A stretch of 64,000 bases of DNA, taken from Caulobacteraceae bacterium. GTDB lineage: Bacteria; Pseudomonadota; Alphaproteobacteria; Caulobacterales; Caulobacteraceae. This document shows positions 36,823 to 46,596 of the stretch, in pieces. The first letter of the stretch is position 1. Every line of letters starts with the position of its first letter. The notes beneath the pieces are model-generated. The model was not told where the DNA came from. It searched no databases and saw nothing but the letters and a program-made list of their open reading frames with translations. Location of the stretch: NCBI GenBank assembly GCA_036501825.1, contig DASXZP010000009.1, forward strand, positions 6,923 to 70,922. The letters are read 5' to 3'. The position numbers and the translations under genes are program-made.

Positions 36823-39800
36823 TTGATCAAACACACGGTTCGCGAGCGCCTCATGGCCTCGACGATAATCGGCGGGGCGACCCTGGCGGCGTTGTCGGCG
36901 GCGCCGGCCTTTGCCCAGCAGGCGCCCGCCGCGGCGCCCGCAGCCTCGACGGTTCAGGAAGTGGTCGTCACGGGTTCGCGCATTCCGCACCCGGGCCTGA
37001 CCTCGGTCAGTCCGCTGACGACGGTGGGCTCCCAGGACATCAAGCTCCAGGGCGTTCAGAACGTCGAAGACCTGATCAACAGCCTGCCCCAGGCCATGGC
37101 CTCGTTCGGCGCGATGGAATCGAACGGCGCGACGGGGACGGCGACGGTCAACCTCCGCGGGCTCGGCATCAACCGCACCCTGGTGCTGATCGACGGCAAG
37201 CGCCTGCAGCCCGGCGACCCGATCACCCCGGTGCCCGATCTGAACTTCATTCCCTCCGCCCTGGTGGACCGGGTGGACGTGGTCACCGGCGGCGCCTCGG
37301 CCGTGTACGGTTCGGACGCCGTGGCCGGCGTGGTCAACTTCATCATGAAGAAGGACTTCGAAGGCCTGCGCATCGACGTGCAGTACGGCTTCGACCAGCA
37401 CGACCAGCACAACAGCCAGATCAACAAGGCGGTGCACAACTCCGCCACCGTGATCGGCAACAACGTGGCGCTGCCGACCGGATCTCTGACCGACGGCGGT
37501 CGTACTCAGGTGACCATTGTGGGCGGCGCCAATGCCCCCGACGGCAACGGTAACGTGACCTTCTACTTCAACTACCAGCACTCAGATCCGGTGCTGGAGG
37601 CCAAGCGTGACTGGTCGGCCTGTTCGCTGTCGACCAACAACACCGACACGACTTTCCAGTACTGCGGTGGGTCCTCGACCGCTTTCCCGGGTCGTTTCAC
37701 GATCAACAACGCCAACACCGCGTTCGGCAAGAACGGCGTCGATCACTGTACCTCGGGCGGCAACCCGGCCGGGTGTAACTTCACCATCGACGGCAGCGGC
37801 AACGTTGTGCCGTTCACCAACGCCGCGCTCTACAACTTCGCGCCGCTCAACTACCTGCAGCGTCCCGACGAGCGCTACACGGCTGGTGAGTTCTCGCACT
37901 ACCAGATCAACCCGCACATCGACATCTATTCGTCGTTCATGTTCATGCACGACGTCTCGGATGCGCAGATCGCGGGTTCGGGCGCCTTCTTCGGCAACGC
38001 CTACAGCGTCAACTGCGGCAACAACCCGCTGCTGACGGCCTCGGAAGAGCAACACTTCTGCGAAGACGTGAACGGCGCTCCGCTTCCGGCCGGCACGCTC
38101 ACCCCGCTGGAGGTCGGCCGTCGCGACGTGGAAGGCGTCGGCCGTGTCAGCCACCTCGAGCACTCGGAGTTCCGTTACGTCTTAGGCGCCCGCGGCGAGA
38201 TCACCGACGGGTGGAACTACGACGTCTCCGCTCAGTACGGCTACACGCTGCTGGATTCGATCCAGGAAGGGTTCTTCTCGATCGCCAAGACCAACCAGGC
38301 CTTAAACGTCATCTCCGACGGTCACGGCGGGATCGAGTGCGCCGATCCGACCGCTCGCGCCGCGGGCTGCGTGCCGTGGAACATCTGGAACAACCCGGCC
38401 TTCCCCGGCGGCGTCACGCCGGCGCAGTTGAAGTACCTGGAAACCACCGCCCAGCAGTCCGGCTACAACCAGGAACAGGTGGTCAACGCCAACATCACCG
38501 GCGACCTGTCGAAGTACGGCATCAAGTCGCCGTGGGCCAAGGACGGCGTCGGCGTGAGCTTTGGCGCGGAATACCGTCGTGAAGTCCTGAACAACCAGTT
38601 CGACTCGGCCTTCACCTCAGGCGACTTGGCAGGCCTCGGCGGCGCGCCGCAATCGACCGCGGGCGCCTTCGACGTGAAGGAGCTGTTCGGTGAAATTCGC
38701 GTGCCGATCGTGCAGGACGCGCCGTTCGCCAAGGAGATCAACTTCGAAGGCGGCTATCGCTACGCGGACTACTCGTCCTCGGGCCACGTCGACGCCGAGA
38801 AGCTGGGACTCGATTGGCAAATCACGCCGGACATCCGCCTGCGCGGGTCGTTCGAACGCGCGGTTCGCGCCCCGAACGTCAACGAACTGTTCGGCCCCCA
38901 GGCCCCAGGCCTCGCCTCCGGCACCGATCCGTGCGGCGGCAGCTCGCCCGCCTTCACCGCAGCGCAATGCGCCAATACGGGCGTGCTGGCCGGCCAGTTC
39001 GGCAGCATCGTCCAGTGCGTGTCTTCGCAGTGTAACGTGGTGACCGGCGGCAATCCGGACCTGAAGCCGGAAACCTCCAACACCAAGTCCTTCGGCGCGG
39101 TGTTCACGCCGACCTTCCTGCCGGGCTTCAACCTGTCGCTCGACTGGTTCGACATCAATGTGAAGGGCGTCATCCAGACCCTGCCGCTGGCGGTCGCGCT
39201 GGACACCTGCGCCCTCGATCCCACGGCCACCTTGACCGTGCAGGGGACGACCCAGACCTACTGCAGCCTGATCAAGCGCGACCCGGCCACCGGCCAGCTG
39301 TTCGGGACGGGCTTCGTCAACCTGCCGACGGTCAACGCCGGTCTGCTGCACACCGAAGGCGTGGACGTGGAGTCCAACTACCGGGTGAACCTGTCCGACT
39401 GGGGCATGGGCGATCACGGCTCGCTGGTGTTCAACTTGGTGGGCACCTACACCGAGAAGCTGTTCACCCAGGAGCCAGGCGTCGGCGGATCGTTCGACTG
39501 CGCCGGCCTGTTCGGCACCACCTGCGGCACCCCCACGCCGAAGTGGCGTCACAAGCTGCGGGTGACCTGGGTCACGCCGTGGAACATGAGCCTGTCGGCG
39601 CAGTGGCGGTATATCTCCAGCGAGAAGCTGGACATCAACACCAACAACCCGCTGCTGCATAACCCGCTGGCGCCGGACGTGGACGACGCCTCGATCCCGG
39701 CGTTCAACTACCTCGACCTGTCGGGCGAGTGGCGGATACGCGATCACATCGTCATGCACGCGGGCGTGAACAACGTGTTCGACAAGGACCCGCCGATCGT

Positions 39801-39915
39801 GGACTCCAACTCGTTCGGCATCTCGGCCCCGCCCTTCGGGAACGGCAACACCTATCCTCAGGTGTACGACGCCCTCGGCCGGACCATCTTCATCGGCATC
39901 ACCGCCGACTTCTAG
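36823..39915 (+). CDS. Large TonB-dependent outer-membrane receptor (about 1030 aa)
   Basis: A TTG start 7 nt after GAAGGAGG; signal peptide ...AALSAAPAFAQQ; plug domain (VQEVVVTGSRI...NLRGLGINRTLVLIDGKR...VTGGASAVYGSDAVAGVVNFI); terminal ...IFIGITADF. Confidence 0.9.
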   Translation: MIKHTVRERLMASTIIGGATLAALSAAPAFAQQAPAAAPAASTVQEVVVTGSRIPHPGLTSVSPLTTVGSQDIKLQGVQNVEDLINSLPQAMASFGAMESNGATGTATVNLRGLGINRTLVLIDGKRLQPGDPITPVPDLNFIPSALVDRVDVVTGGASAVYGSDAVAGVVNFIMKKDFEGLRIDVQYGFDQHDQHNSQINKAVHNSATVIGNNVALPTGSLTDGGRTQVTIVGGANAPDGNGNVTFYFNYQHSDPVLEAKRDWSACSLSTNNTDTTFQYCGGSSTAFPGRFTINNANTAFGKNGVDHCTSGGNPAGCNFTIDGSGNVVPFTNAALYNFAPLNYLQRPDERYTAGEFSHYQINPHIDIYSSFMFMHDVSDAQIAGSGAFFGNAYSVNCGNNPLLTASEEQHFCEDVNGAPLPAGTLTPLEVGRRDVEGVGRVSHLEHSEFRYVLGARGEITDGWNYDVSAQYGYTLLDSIQEGFFSIAKTNQALNVISDGHGGIECADPTARAAGCVPWNIWNNPAFPGGVTPAQLKYLETTAQQSGYNQEQVVNANITGDLSKYGIKSPWAKDGVGVSFGAEYRREVLNNQFDSAFTSGDLAGLGGAPQSTAGAFDVKELFGEIRVPIVQDAPFAKEINFEGGYRYADYSSSGHVDAEKLGLDWQITPDIRLRGSFERAVRAPNVNELFGPQAPGLASGTDPCGGSSPAFTAAQCANTGVLAGQFGSIVQCVSSQCNVVTGGNPDLKPETSNTKSFGAVFTPTFLPGFNLSLDWFDINVKGVIQTLPLAVALDTCALDPTATLTVQGTTQTYCSLIKRDPATGQLFGTGFVNLPTVNAGLLHTEGVDVESNYRVNLSDWGMGDHGSLVFNLVGTYTEKLFTQEPGVGGSFDCAGLFGTTCGTPTPKWRHKLRVTWVTPWNMSLSAQWRYISSEKLDINTNNPLLHNPLAPDVDDASIPAFNYLDLSGEWRIRDHIVMHAGVNNVFDKDPPIVDSNSFGISAPPFGNGNTYPQVYDALGRTIFIGITADF

Positions 39916-39957
39916 GCGTTCCCCCCGCGTTCTCTTCGACGCGTTCTCTCCGACTTG

Positions 39958-39995
39958 CGGCCGCGACCTTGCCAAGGTCGCGGCCGTTCTCTTTT
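39958..39995 (+). terminator. Rho-independent terminator after the TonB-dependent receptor
   Basis: Perfect 11-bp stem CGGCCGCGACC / GGTCGCGGCCG, a 7-nt loop, then TTCTCTTTT. Confidence 0.65.
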
Positions 39996-40023
39996 GTAGG
40001 ATGGCCAGTACGAAGGAGTGGTC

Positions 40024-40479
40024 ATGCTCGCCAAGATCGTCGCCGCAGCCCTCGTTTTTGCAGCCCTCGCCGCGCCAGTTTTCGCCGCAGACGAGATTCC
40101 CGCCGACGCGCGAGCGGCCATCACGGCGGCGAATACCGATTGGGTCGCGGCGATGAAGGCGCGCGACGCGGGCCGCGTAGTCGAGCCTTATGCCGACGAC
40201 GGCGTGTTCGTACTGAGCGACGGCAAGGTCGTGTCGGGCAAGGCAAACATCCTCGCCATGGAGCGGGCGCGGCTGGCCGGCGGTTCGGTGCTGGTCGGCG
40301 GGGGATTGGTCGACGACGGTGTCGCGAGGGCGGACGGCGACGTCTACGAGTGGGGCCACGGCGACCTGACGTTCCGCAAACCGGACGGTCAGACGGTGAC
40401 CTCGCGCGGGCGATTCCTGACCGTGTGGCGCAAGAGCGCCGACGGACGCTGGCGGATCATCCGCAACCTGACGTTCTGA
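40024..40479 (+). CDS. Secreted NTF2-like (DUF4440-like) protein
   Basis: AAGGAG Shine-Dalgarno sequence before the ATG at 40024; signal peptide LAKIVAAALVFAALAAPVFA; ...NTDWVAAMKARDAGRVVEPYADDGVFV...FLTVWRKSADGRWRIIRN. Confidence 0.6.
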   Translation: MLAKIVAAALVFAALAAPVFAADEIPADARAAITAANTDWVAAMKARDAGRVVEPYADDGVFVLSDGKVVSGKANILAMERARLAGGSVLVGGGLVDDGVARADGDVYEWGHGDLTFRKPDGQTVTSRGRFLTVWRKSADGRWRIIRNLTF

Positions 40480-40482
40480 GGT

Positions 40483-43400
40483 CTATTCCGCCGGCGCCGG
40501 TTGCGGCGCGGGCCCGCCCCTCTGCTCGCGGTCCTTTTTGCGCTTCTCGGCGGCCTCGGCGCGCGCGTCCGGGTCTACCTTCTTCCGCACGCCGTCGAGG
40601 TAGATGTAGATCACCGGCGTGGTGAACAGGGTCAGGATCTGCGACACGGTCAGGCCGCCCAGGATCGCCCAGCCGAGCGGCTGGCGGAACTCAGACCCGG
40701 TGCCGTGGCCCAGCACCATCGGCACCCCGCCCAGCGCCGCGCAGAAGGTCGTCATCAGGATCGGACGCAGCCGCTGATGCGACGCCTCGCGCACCGCGTC
40801 CTCGGCGCTCATGTTGTGCTCGCGCTCGAGTCTGAGCGCGACGTCCACGATCATGATCCCGTTTTTCTTCACGATGCCGATGAGCAGGATGATCGCGATG
40901 ATGCCGATGACGTTCAAATCCTGGCCCACCGCCAGCAGCGCCAGCAGAGCCCCCACCCCGGCGGAAGGCAGGGTCGACAGGATGGTCAGGGGGTGGATGT
41001 AGCTCTCATAGAGCACGCCCAGGATGATGTAGACGGCGAGCAGGGCGGCGGCGATCAGGATCGGTTCGCTCGACAGCGACTGCTGGAACGCCTGGGCGGT
41101 GCCCTGGAACGACCCGGTCACCGTGGCCGGCGCCCCGAGCTTGTCGCGCACCTTTTCGATCGCCGCGGTCGCCTGGCCCAGTGAAACGCCGGGGGCGAGG
41201 TTGAAGGAAAGCGTCGTCGCCGGGAATTCGCCCTGGTGATTGATGGCAAGACTGGTCGTGGCGTTCGGGTTCACCTTGACGAACAGCGACAGCGGAACGG
41301 TTTTTCCGGTGAGCGGCGACAGCAGATAGACGCGGTCGAACACTCCCGGGGTCGCCTGGATGTTCGGCGGCGCCTCGACCACCACATGGTAGGCGTTGAG
41401 CTGGGTGAAGTACTGCGCCACCTGCCGCTGGCCGATCATGTTGTAGATTGCGGTGTCGATGTCGGACGGGGCGATGCCGAAGCGCGCAGCCGCGTCACGA
41501 TCGATGGTCAGCTTTACCTCCGCGCCTTCGGACTGCTGGTCGGAGCTGACGTCCGCGAGCTGCGGCGTGTGTTGCAGTTCGGCGAGCAATTTCGGCGCCC
41601 ACTCGTCCAGTTCCTGCAGGTTGGCGTCGGACAGAGTGTACTGGTACTGCGCCTGACCGGCGCGGCCGCCGACGCGGATGTCCTGCGCCGCCTGCAGGTA
41701 GGCTTTCACCCCGATCAGGCGATTGAGCTGCGGCCGCAGGGTGTTGATCAGGTCGGTCGCCGACTCTTTGCGACTGTCGCGCGGCGTGAGGCTGATCGAC
41801 AGGTTGGCCTGATTCGTACCGCTCGAGCCCATGTAGAAGCCGACGCCCGCGATGTCGGGATTCTGCTCGAACACCTTGCCGACCAGGGCGATTTTGCTGC
41901 GCATCTTGTCGAAGGACGCATCCTGGGACGTGCGGACGACGCCTTGTATGAAACCGGTGTCCTGTTGAGGGAAGAAGCCGGTCGGCACCACGACATAGAG
42001 AACCCCTGCCGCCGCGGCGGTGACGATGAAGACGATCAGGGTGATCACCTTGTGCCGCAGCACCTTGTCGAGCGAGCGGGCGTAGCTGTGCTCCAGCCAG
42101 CTGAAGCCCGACTCCAATCCCTTGGTGAACGGGTTGTGCGCCGGTTCCGGCGCCTTCAGGAACCGGCTGCAGAGCATTGGCGTGAGCGTCAGAGACAGGA
42201 AGATCGAGACGATCACCGCGGCGCTGAGCGTCAGCGCGAACTCGCGCATCAGGCGCCCGACGATGCCGCCCATGAAGACCAGGGGCGTGAACACCGCGAT
42301 CAGTGAGATCGAGATGGTCATGATGGTGAAGGCGATTTCCTTCGACCCTGCCAACGCCGCGTCCATCGGATTTTCGCCGTGTTCGATGCGTTTCCAGATC
42401 ACCTCGACCATGACGATGGCGTCGTCGACCACGAAACCGACCGCGATGGTCATGGCCATCAGCGACAGGTTGTCGAGGCTGAAGTGCAGCGGCAGCATGA
42501 TCACGCAGGTCGAGATCAGGGCGATAGGGATCACCACGCTCGGGATCAGCGTTGCGCGAACGTTGCGCAGGAACAGAAAGATCACCAGCACCACCAGGAA
42601 GATGGTGATCAACAGCGTAATCTCGACGTCGCGCACCGAGGCGCGGATGGTCTGGGTGCGGTCCGCCAGGATATGGATGCCGATGCCGGCGGGAATGTTC
42701 TGTTCGACCAAAGGCAGAGCTTTGTTGACCGCGTCGACAGTCTGAATGACGTTGGCGCCGGGCTGCTTGAAGACGATGAGAAGCACCGCCTGGCCGGCGG
42801 TCAGACCTTTGTCTTTGTTTCCTTTGCCAGGATAGACAAAGGCGCCGATCTGCTTGTTTTCGACGCTGGCCTCGGCCCCGCCGATGTCGCGCAGGCGCAC
42901 CGCCCCACCGTTGTGGTAGCCCACCACCAGATTCTGCCAGATCGTCGGGTCGAGCACCTGGCCGTTGTCGTCGACGATGTAGTTCTTGAGCGGCCCGTTC
43001 ACCGTGCCCTTGGGAGCATTCACGGTTTCCGACGCGATGGTCGCGCGCACGGCGTCGATCTGCAGGCCGAGGGACGCGGCCTTCGCAGGATCGATCTGGA
43101 TGCGCATGGCCGGCTTCTGTTGGCCGCCGACGTTGACCTGGCCCACGCCGTCGATGGTCGACATCCTCTGCGCGAGGATGTTTTCGGCATAGTCGTCGAC
43201 GGTGGAAAGAGGAAGCGTGTCCGAGGTCAGCGCGATGATCAGGATCGGTGCGTCCGCCGGGTTGATCTTTCGCATGGTCGGCGCCGAGGGAAGGTTGGTC
43301 GGCAACTGTCCGCTCGCCGCGTTGATCGCGGCCTGTACGTCCTGGGCGGCGGAGTCGATGTTGCGCGACAGTTCGAACTGCAGCGTGACGCTGGTGGTGC

Positions 43401-43659
43401 CGTTGGCGCTGGTCGAGGTCATCTCGGACAGGCCCTGGATTTGCGCGAACTGGCGCTCCAGCGGCGAGGCGACGTTCGACGCCATGGTTTCCGGGTTGGC
43501 CCCGGGCAGGTTGGCGTTCACCTGGATGGTGGGGAAGTCCACTTCCGGCAGGGCGGCCACCGGCAGGTTGAAGAAGGCGACACAACCGAACACGAACAGC
43601 GCCGCCGCGATCAGCGAGGTCGCCACCGGCCGCTTGATGAAGCCCTGCGAGATGTTCAC
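40483..43659 (-). CDS. RND multidrug efflux permease (MdtB/MdtC-like), 1058 aa
   Basis: MNISQGFIKRPVATSL...; FVVDDAIVMVE; IVKKNGIMIVD; 12 TM helices. Confidence 0.9.
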   Translation of the reverse strand: MNISQGFIKRPVATSLIAAALFVFGCVAFFNLPVAALPEVDFPTIQVNANLPGANPETMASNVASPLERQFAQIQGLSEMTSTSANGTTSVTLQFELSRNIDSAAQDVQAAINAASGQLPTNLPSAPTMRKINPADAPILIIALTSDTLPLSTVDDYAENILAQRMSTIDGVGQVNVGGQQKPAMRIQIDPAKAASLGLQIDAVRATIASETVNAPKGTVNGPLKNYIVDDNGQVLDPTIWQNLVVGYHNGGAVRLRDIGGAEASVENKQIGAFVYPGKGNKDKGLTAGQAVLLIVFKQPGANVIQTVDAVNKALPLVEQNIPAGIGIHILADRTQTIRASVRDVEITLLITIFLVVLVIFLFLRNVRATLIPSVVIPIALISTCVIMLPLHFSLDNLSLMAMTIAVGFVVDDAIVMVEVIWKRIEHGENPMDAALAGSKEIAFTIMTISISLIAVFTPLVFMGGIVGRLMREFALTLSAAVIVSIFLSLTLTPMLCSRFLKAPEPAHNPFTKGLESGFSWLEHSYARSLDKVLRHKVITLIVFIVTAAAAGVLYVVVPTGFFPQQDTGFIQGVVRTSQDASFDKMRSKIALVGKVFEQNPDIAGVGFYMGSSGTNQANLSISLTPRDSRKESATDLINTLRPQLNRLIGVKAYLQAAQDIRVGGRAGQAQYQYTLSDANLQELDEWAPKLLAELQHTPQLADVSSDQQSEGAEVKLTIDRDAAARFGIAPSDIDTAIYNMIGQRQVAQYFTQLNAYHVVVEAPPNIQATPGVFDRVYLLSPLTGKTVPLSLFVKVNPNATTSLAINHQGEFPATTLSFNLAPGVSLGQATAAIEKVRDKLGAPATVTGSFQGTAQAFQQSLSSEPILIAAALLAVYIILGVLYESYIHPLTILSTLPSAGVGALLALLAVGQDLNVIGIIAIILLIGIVKKNGIMIVDVALRLEREHNMSAEDAVREASHQRLRPILMTTFCAALGGVPMVLGHGTGSEFRQPLGWAILGGLTVSQILTLFTTPVIYIYLDGVRKKVDPDARAEAAEKRKKDREQRGGPAPQPAPAE

Positions 43660-44816
43660 GGCGAGGCCGCCGCCGCGGGCTTACGCGCGCCCGCGCCGCG
43701 TTGCCCATAGCTGACCTTCGAGCCCGCCTTCAGCGACATCTGACCGTCGGTGACGACCACGTCCCCGGCCTGCAGGCCCGCGCTGATCACTGCCAATCCG
43801 CCCTCCGTCGTCATCACCGTGATCGGCCGCTGGATCACCTTCTGACCGGGACCGACGAGGAACGCGTAGGCGCCGTTGGGGCCCTGGTTCACCGCCTCGG
43901 TCGGGACGGTCAGCACATTCTGCAGGTTCTCGAGGGTCAGTCGAACGTTGACGAACTCGCCGGGCCACAGCTGGTGCGTGACGTTGGCGAAGCGCGCCTT
44001 CATCTGCACCGTGCCGGTGGTCTGATCGACGTGGTTGTCGGCGACGACCAGTTCGCCGGAGCCCAGATCCGCGCCGGTTTCCTGGCTCAGCGCTTGGGTG
44101 GGCAGCGGGCGGGTGAAGCCGCTCGACGCCTGCGACAGGCGCTGGAACTCGCCTTGCGGGATGGTGAAGGTGACCGAGATCGGTTCGATCTGGTTCACGC
44201 TGACGATGCCGGTGGTGAGCGAGGTGGTGACGATGTTGCCGGGATCGACCATGCGCACGCCCACGCGGCCGGCCACCGGCGAGACCATCTTGCACTGGCT
44301 CACATTGAACGCGGCGGCCGCCACTTGGCCGCGATCGAGCGTGACCGTACCGGCATCCTGTTTCGCCAGCGCGGCCTGGTCGTCGTACTGCTGGCGCGCG
44401 ATGGAGTCCTGCTTGACCAGGGTGGCGTAGCGGTCGCGGTCCATCTCTGCGCCCGCCAGCAGCGCCGTGTCGCGCTGGAGCATGCCCTGGGCCTGGAGCA
44501 GGGCGGCCTTGTAAGGCGAGCAGTCGATCTCGGCCAAAACACTGCCCGGCCGCACGTAGTCGCCCTCGGCGGCCACATAGGTCAGCCGCCCGCCGACGAG
44601 GGGATTGATCAGAACGCCTTTGTAGGCCTGGGCGGCGCCCAGGGCGCTGACGTATAGCGGCATGTCGACGACGGTCGCCTTGGCCACGGTCACCGGCGTG
44701 GACGGCGCTTTCGCCTTGGCCGGCTTGTGGTTGGCGTTCATCAGCCAGATCACCAGCCCCGCCAGGATCACGGCAAGGGGGATGAACCCCCAACGAAACC
44801 GTCGCGGCGGGCTCAT
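43656..44816 (-). CDS. RND efflux periplasmic adaptor (MdtA-like)
   Basis: TM anchor, coiled-coil hairpin, SPVAGRVG motif. Its stop overlaps the pump start. Confidence 0.85.
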   Translation of the reverse strand: MSPPRRFRWGFIPLAVILAGLVIWLMNANHKPAKAKAPSTPVTVAKATVVDMPLYVSALGAAQAYKGVLINPLVGGRLTYVAAEGDYVRPGSVLAEIDCSPYKAALLQAQGMLQRDTALLAGAEMDRDRYATLVKQDSIARQQYDDQAALAKQDAGTVTLDRGQVAAAAFNVSQCKMVSPVAGRVGVRMVDPGNIVTTSLTTGIVSVNQIEPISVTFTIPQGEFQRLSQASSGFTRPLPTQALSQETGADLGSGELVVADNHVDQTTGTVQMKARFANVTHQLWPGEFVNVRLTLENLQNVLTVPTEAVNQGPNGAYAFLVGPGQKVIQRPITVMTTEGGLAVISAGLQAGDVVVTDGQMSLKAGSKVSYGQRGAGARKPAAAASP

Positions 44817-45080
44817 GCGGGGGCTTCGCAGCCAAAGGGCGTCGGCAAAAGACGGGTGCTCATCGGGTCCCTAGTCGCATTCACGGCCCAGGCGGCGATT
44901 TCCGTTCCCGCTCAAGGAAGAAAAGCGACGCGAGCGGGTCCGGTCGCCCGGATAACCCAGGTCGCCGCACAGGGTTCCGGGCCGCCCTCCCCGCGGCCGC
45001 CCGATCGCCTGCGACGGGCCGCTCCCTTGCACGCGACCGGCCCAGCGTGCAGCCTTGCCGGCCATGGAAAGCCCGCGCCC

Positions 45081-45653
45081 TTGACCGACCGCGACCAGCG
45101 TCTGGCCTGGTTCAAGGCCCAGATCCTGCCCCATGAGGCTGCGCTCAGGCACCACCTGCGCCGGATCGGCGTGGCCATGGACGACGTGGACGATTTCGCG
45201 GCGGAGGCGCTGACCCGGGCCTATGCGGCGGATGACTGGGCTCAGGTCTCCAACGGCCGGGCCTACCTCTACACCATCGGCCGTAACCTGGCCTTCGATG
45301 CGGCGCGCCGGCGCAAGGTGGTGGCGATCGAGAGCGTGCCGGACCCCGACGTGCTGCACATCGCCGACTGGCAGCCGTCGGCGGAATCCACGGTTTCGGC
45401 GCGGGAAGAGTTGAGGCTGCTGCAGACGGCGTTGGATCAGCTCCCGCCGCGGGCGCGCGAGGTGTTCGTGCTCAGGCGGATCGAAGAGCTTTCGGTAAAG
45501 GATATAGGGGTGAGACTGGGTCTATCCGTCAAAACCGTCGAGGCGCACATGACCCGCGCCCTGGCGGCGCTGACCGACGCGCTCCAGGACAACGATCGGG
45601 CCGCGGGCCCTCAGACAGGACAGGCATGGCGGACGCGACACGACAAGCGATGA
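45081..45653 (+). CDS. ECF sigma factor, FecI-like
   Basis: Region 2 (...AEALTRAY...YLYTIGRNLAFDAARRRK) and region 4 (LPPRAREVFVLRRIEELSVKDIGVRLGLSVKTVEAHMTRA). A TTG start at 45081 is proposed and is tentative. Confidence 0.75.
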   Translation: MTDRDQRLAWFKAQILPHEAALRHHLRRIGVAMDDVDDFAAEALTRAYAADDWAQVSNGRAYLYTIGRNLAFDAARRRKVVAIESVPDPDVLHIADWQPSAESTVSAREELRLLQTALDQLPPRAREVFVLRRIEELSVKDIGVRLGLSVKTVEAHMTRALAALTDALQDNDRAAGPQTGQAWRTRHDKR

Positions 45654-46558
45654 ACGAAGAGGCCGCCGCCTGGTTCGTGCGTCTGCAGGACGCCGACGTC
45701 GCGGCGGAGGCGCGCGAGGCGTTCGACCGTTGGATGGATAATCCGGCGCATGCGGTCGCCTATGCGCGCGTCGAGGCGACCTGGGAGCGCACGGCGCGGC
45801 TGAAGGCCATCGCCAATCCGCCGGCCCGTAGCGCGCCGATCCTGTCGCGCCGCGCGGCCGCGGTGGGCTTCCTGACCCTCGGCGCCGGCGCCGCGACGGC
45901 GTGGTGGCTGACGCGCCAGCCGACCTATCGCACCGAGATCGGGCAGCGAAAGACGATCAATCTGTCGGATGGCAGCCGGGTGGAGTTGAACACCGCAAGC
46001 CAGCTTGCGACGGCCTATGCACGCGGACAGCGCGACGTTCACCTGCTGGCGGGCGAGGCGATGTTCGAAGTCGCCAAGGATGCGAAGCGGCCGTTCATTG
46101 TTCACGCGGGCGCCGCGACCGTGCGCTCCGTCGGCACCGCCTTCAACGTGCGTCTGCGCGACAAGGTGGTGGAGGTGACGGTCACCGAGGGTCTGGTCGC
46201 GGTCAACGATCTTACGGTGCGCTCGGGCGCGCGGCCGCTGGCGGCCGGCAATACGGCGGTGGTCGGGTTGGGTTCCATCGCCGCACAACCGCTCGACGAG
46301 GACGCGCTGAAACGCCGGACCGAATGGCGTGAAGGCGTGATCGATCTGCGCGGCGAGACGCTGGGCGAGGCGGTGGAGGAGTTCAACCGCTACCGCACCA
46401 GCAAGATCGTCGTCGGCGACCCGAAACTGGCCGCCATGCGGGTGGGCGGCACGTTCGATACCTCGGAGTCGGACAAGTTCGTCGAGGCGCTGAAGGCCGG
46501 GTTCGGGGTGAAGGCTGTCGAGGGCGACGGCGGCGTGGTTTACTTGGTGCCGGCCTAG
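45650..46558 (+). CDS. FecR-family anti-sigma / signal transducer
   Basis: MNEEAAAWFVRLQD... N-terminus; TM segment; FecR domain (...LSDGSRVELNTASQL...GEAMFEVAKDAKRPFIV). The ATG at 45650 overlaps the sigma stop (ATGA). An alternative ATG lies at 45626. Confidence 0.85.
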   Translation: MNEEAAAWFVRLQDADVAAEAREAFDRWMDNPAHAVAYARVEATWERTARLKAIANPPARSAPILSRRAAAVGFLTLGAGAATAWWLTRQPTYRTEIGQRKTINLSDGSRVELNTASQLATAYARGQRDVHLLAGEAMFEVAKDAKRPFIVHAGAATVRSVGTAFNVRLRDKVVEVTVTEGLVAVNDLTVRSGARPLAAGNTAVVGLGSIAAQPLDEDALKRRTEWREGVIDLRGETLGEAVEEFNRYRTSKIVVGDPKLAAMRVGGTFDTSESDKFVEALKAGFGVKAVEGDGGVVYLVPA

Positions 46559-46596
46559 TCCGCATCCGGACGAGTTCTCGGGGGAGGGGCTCGATC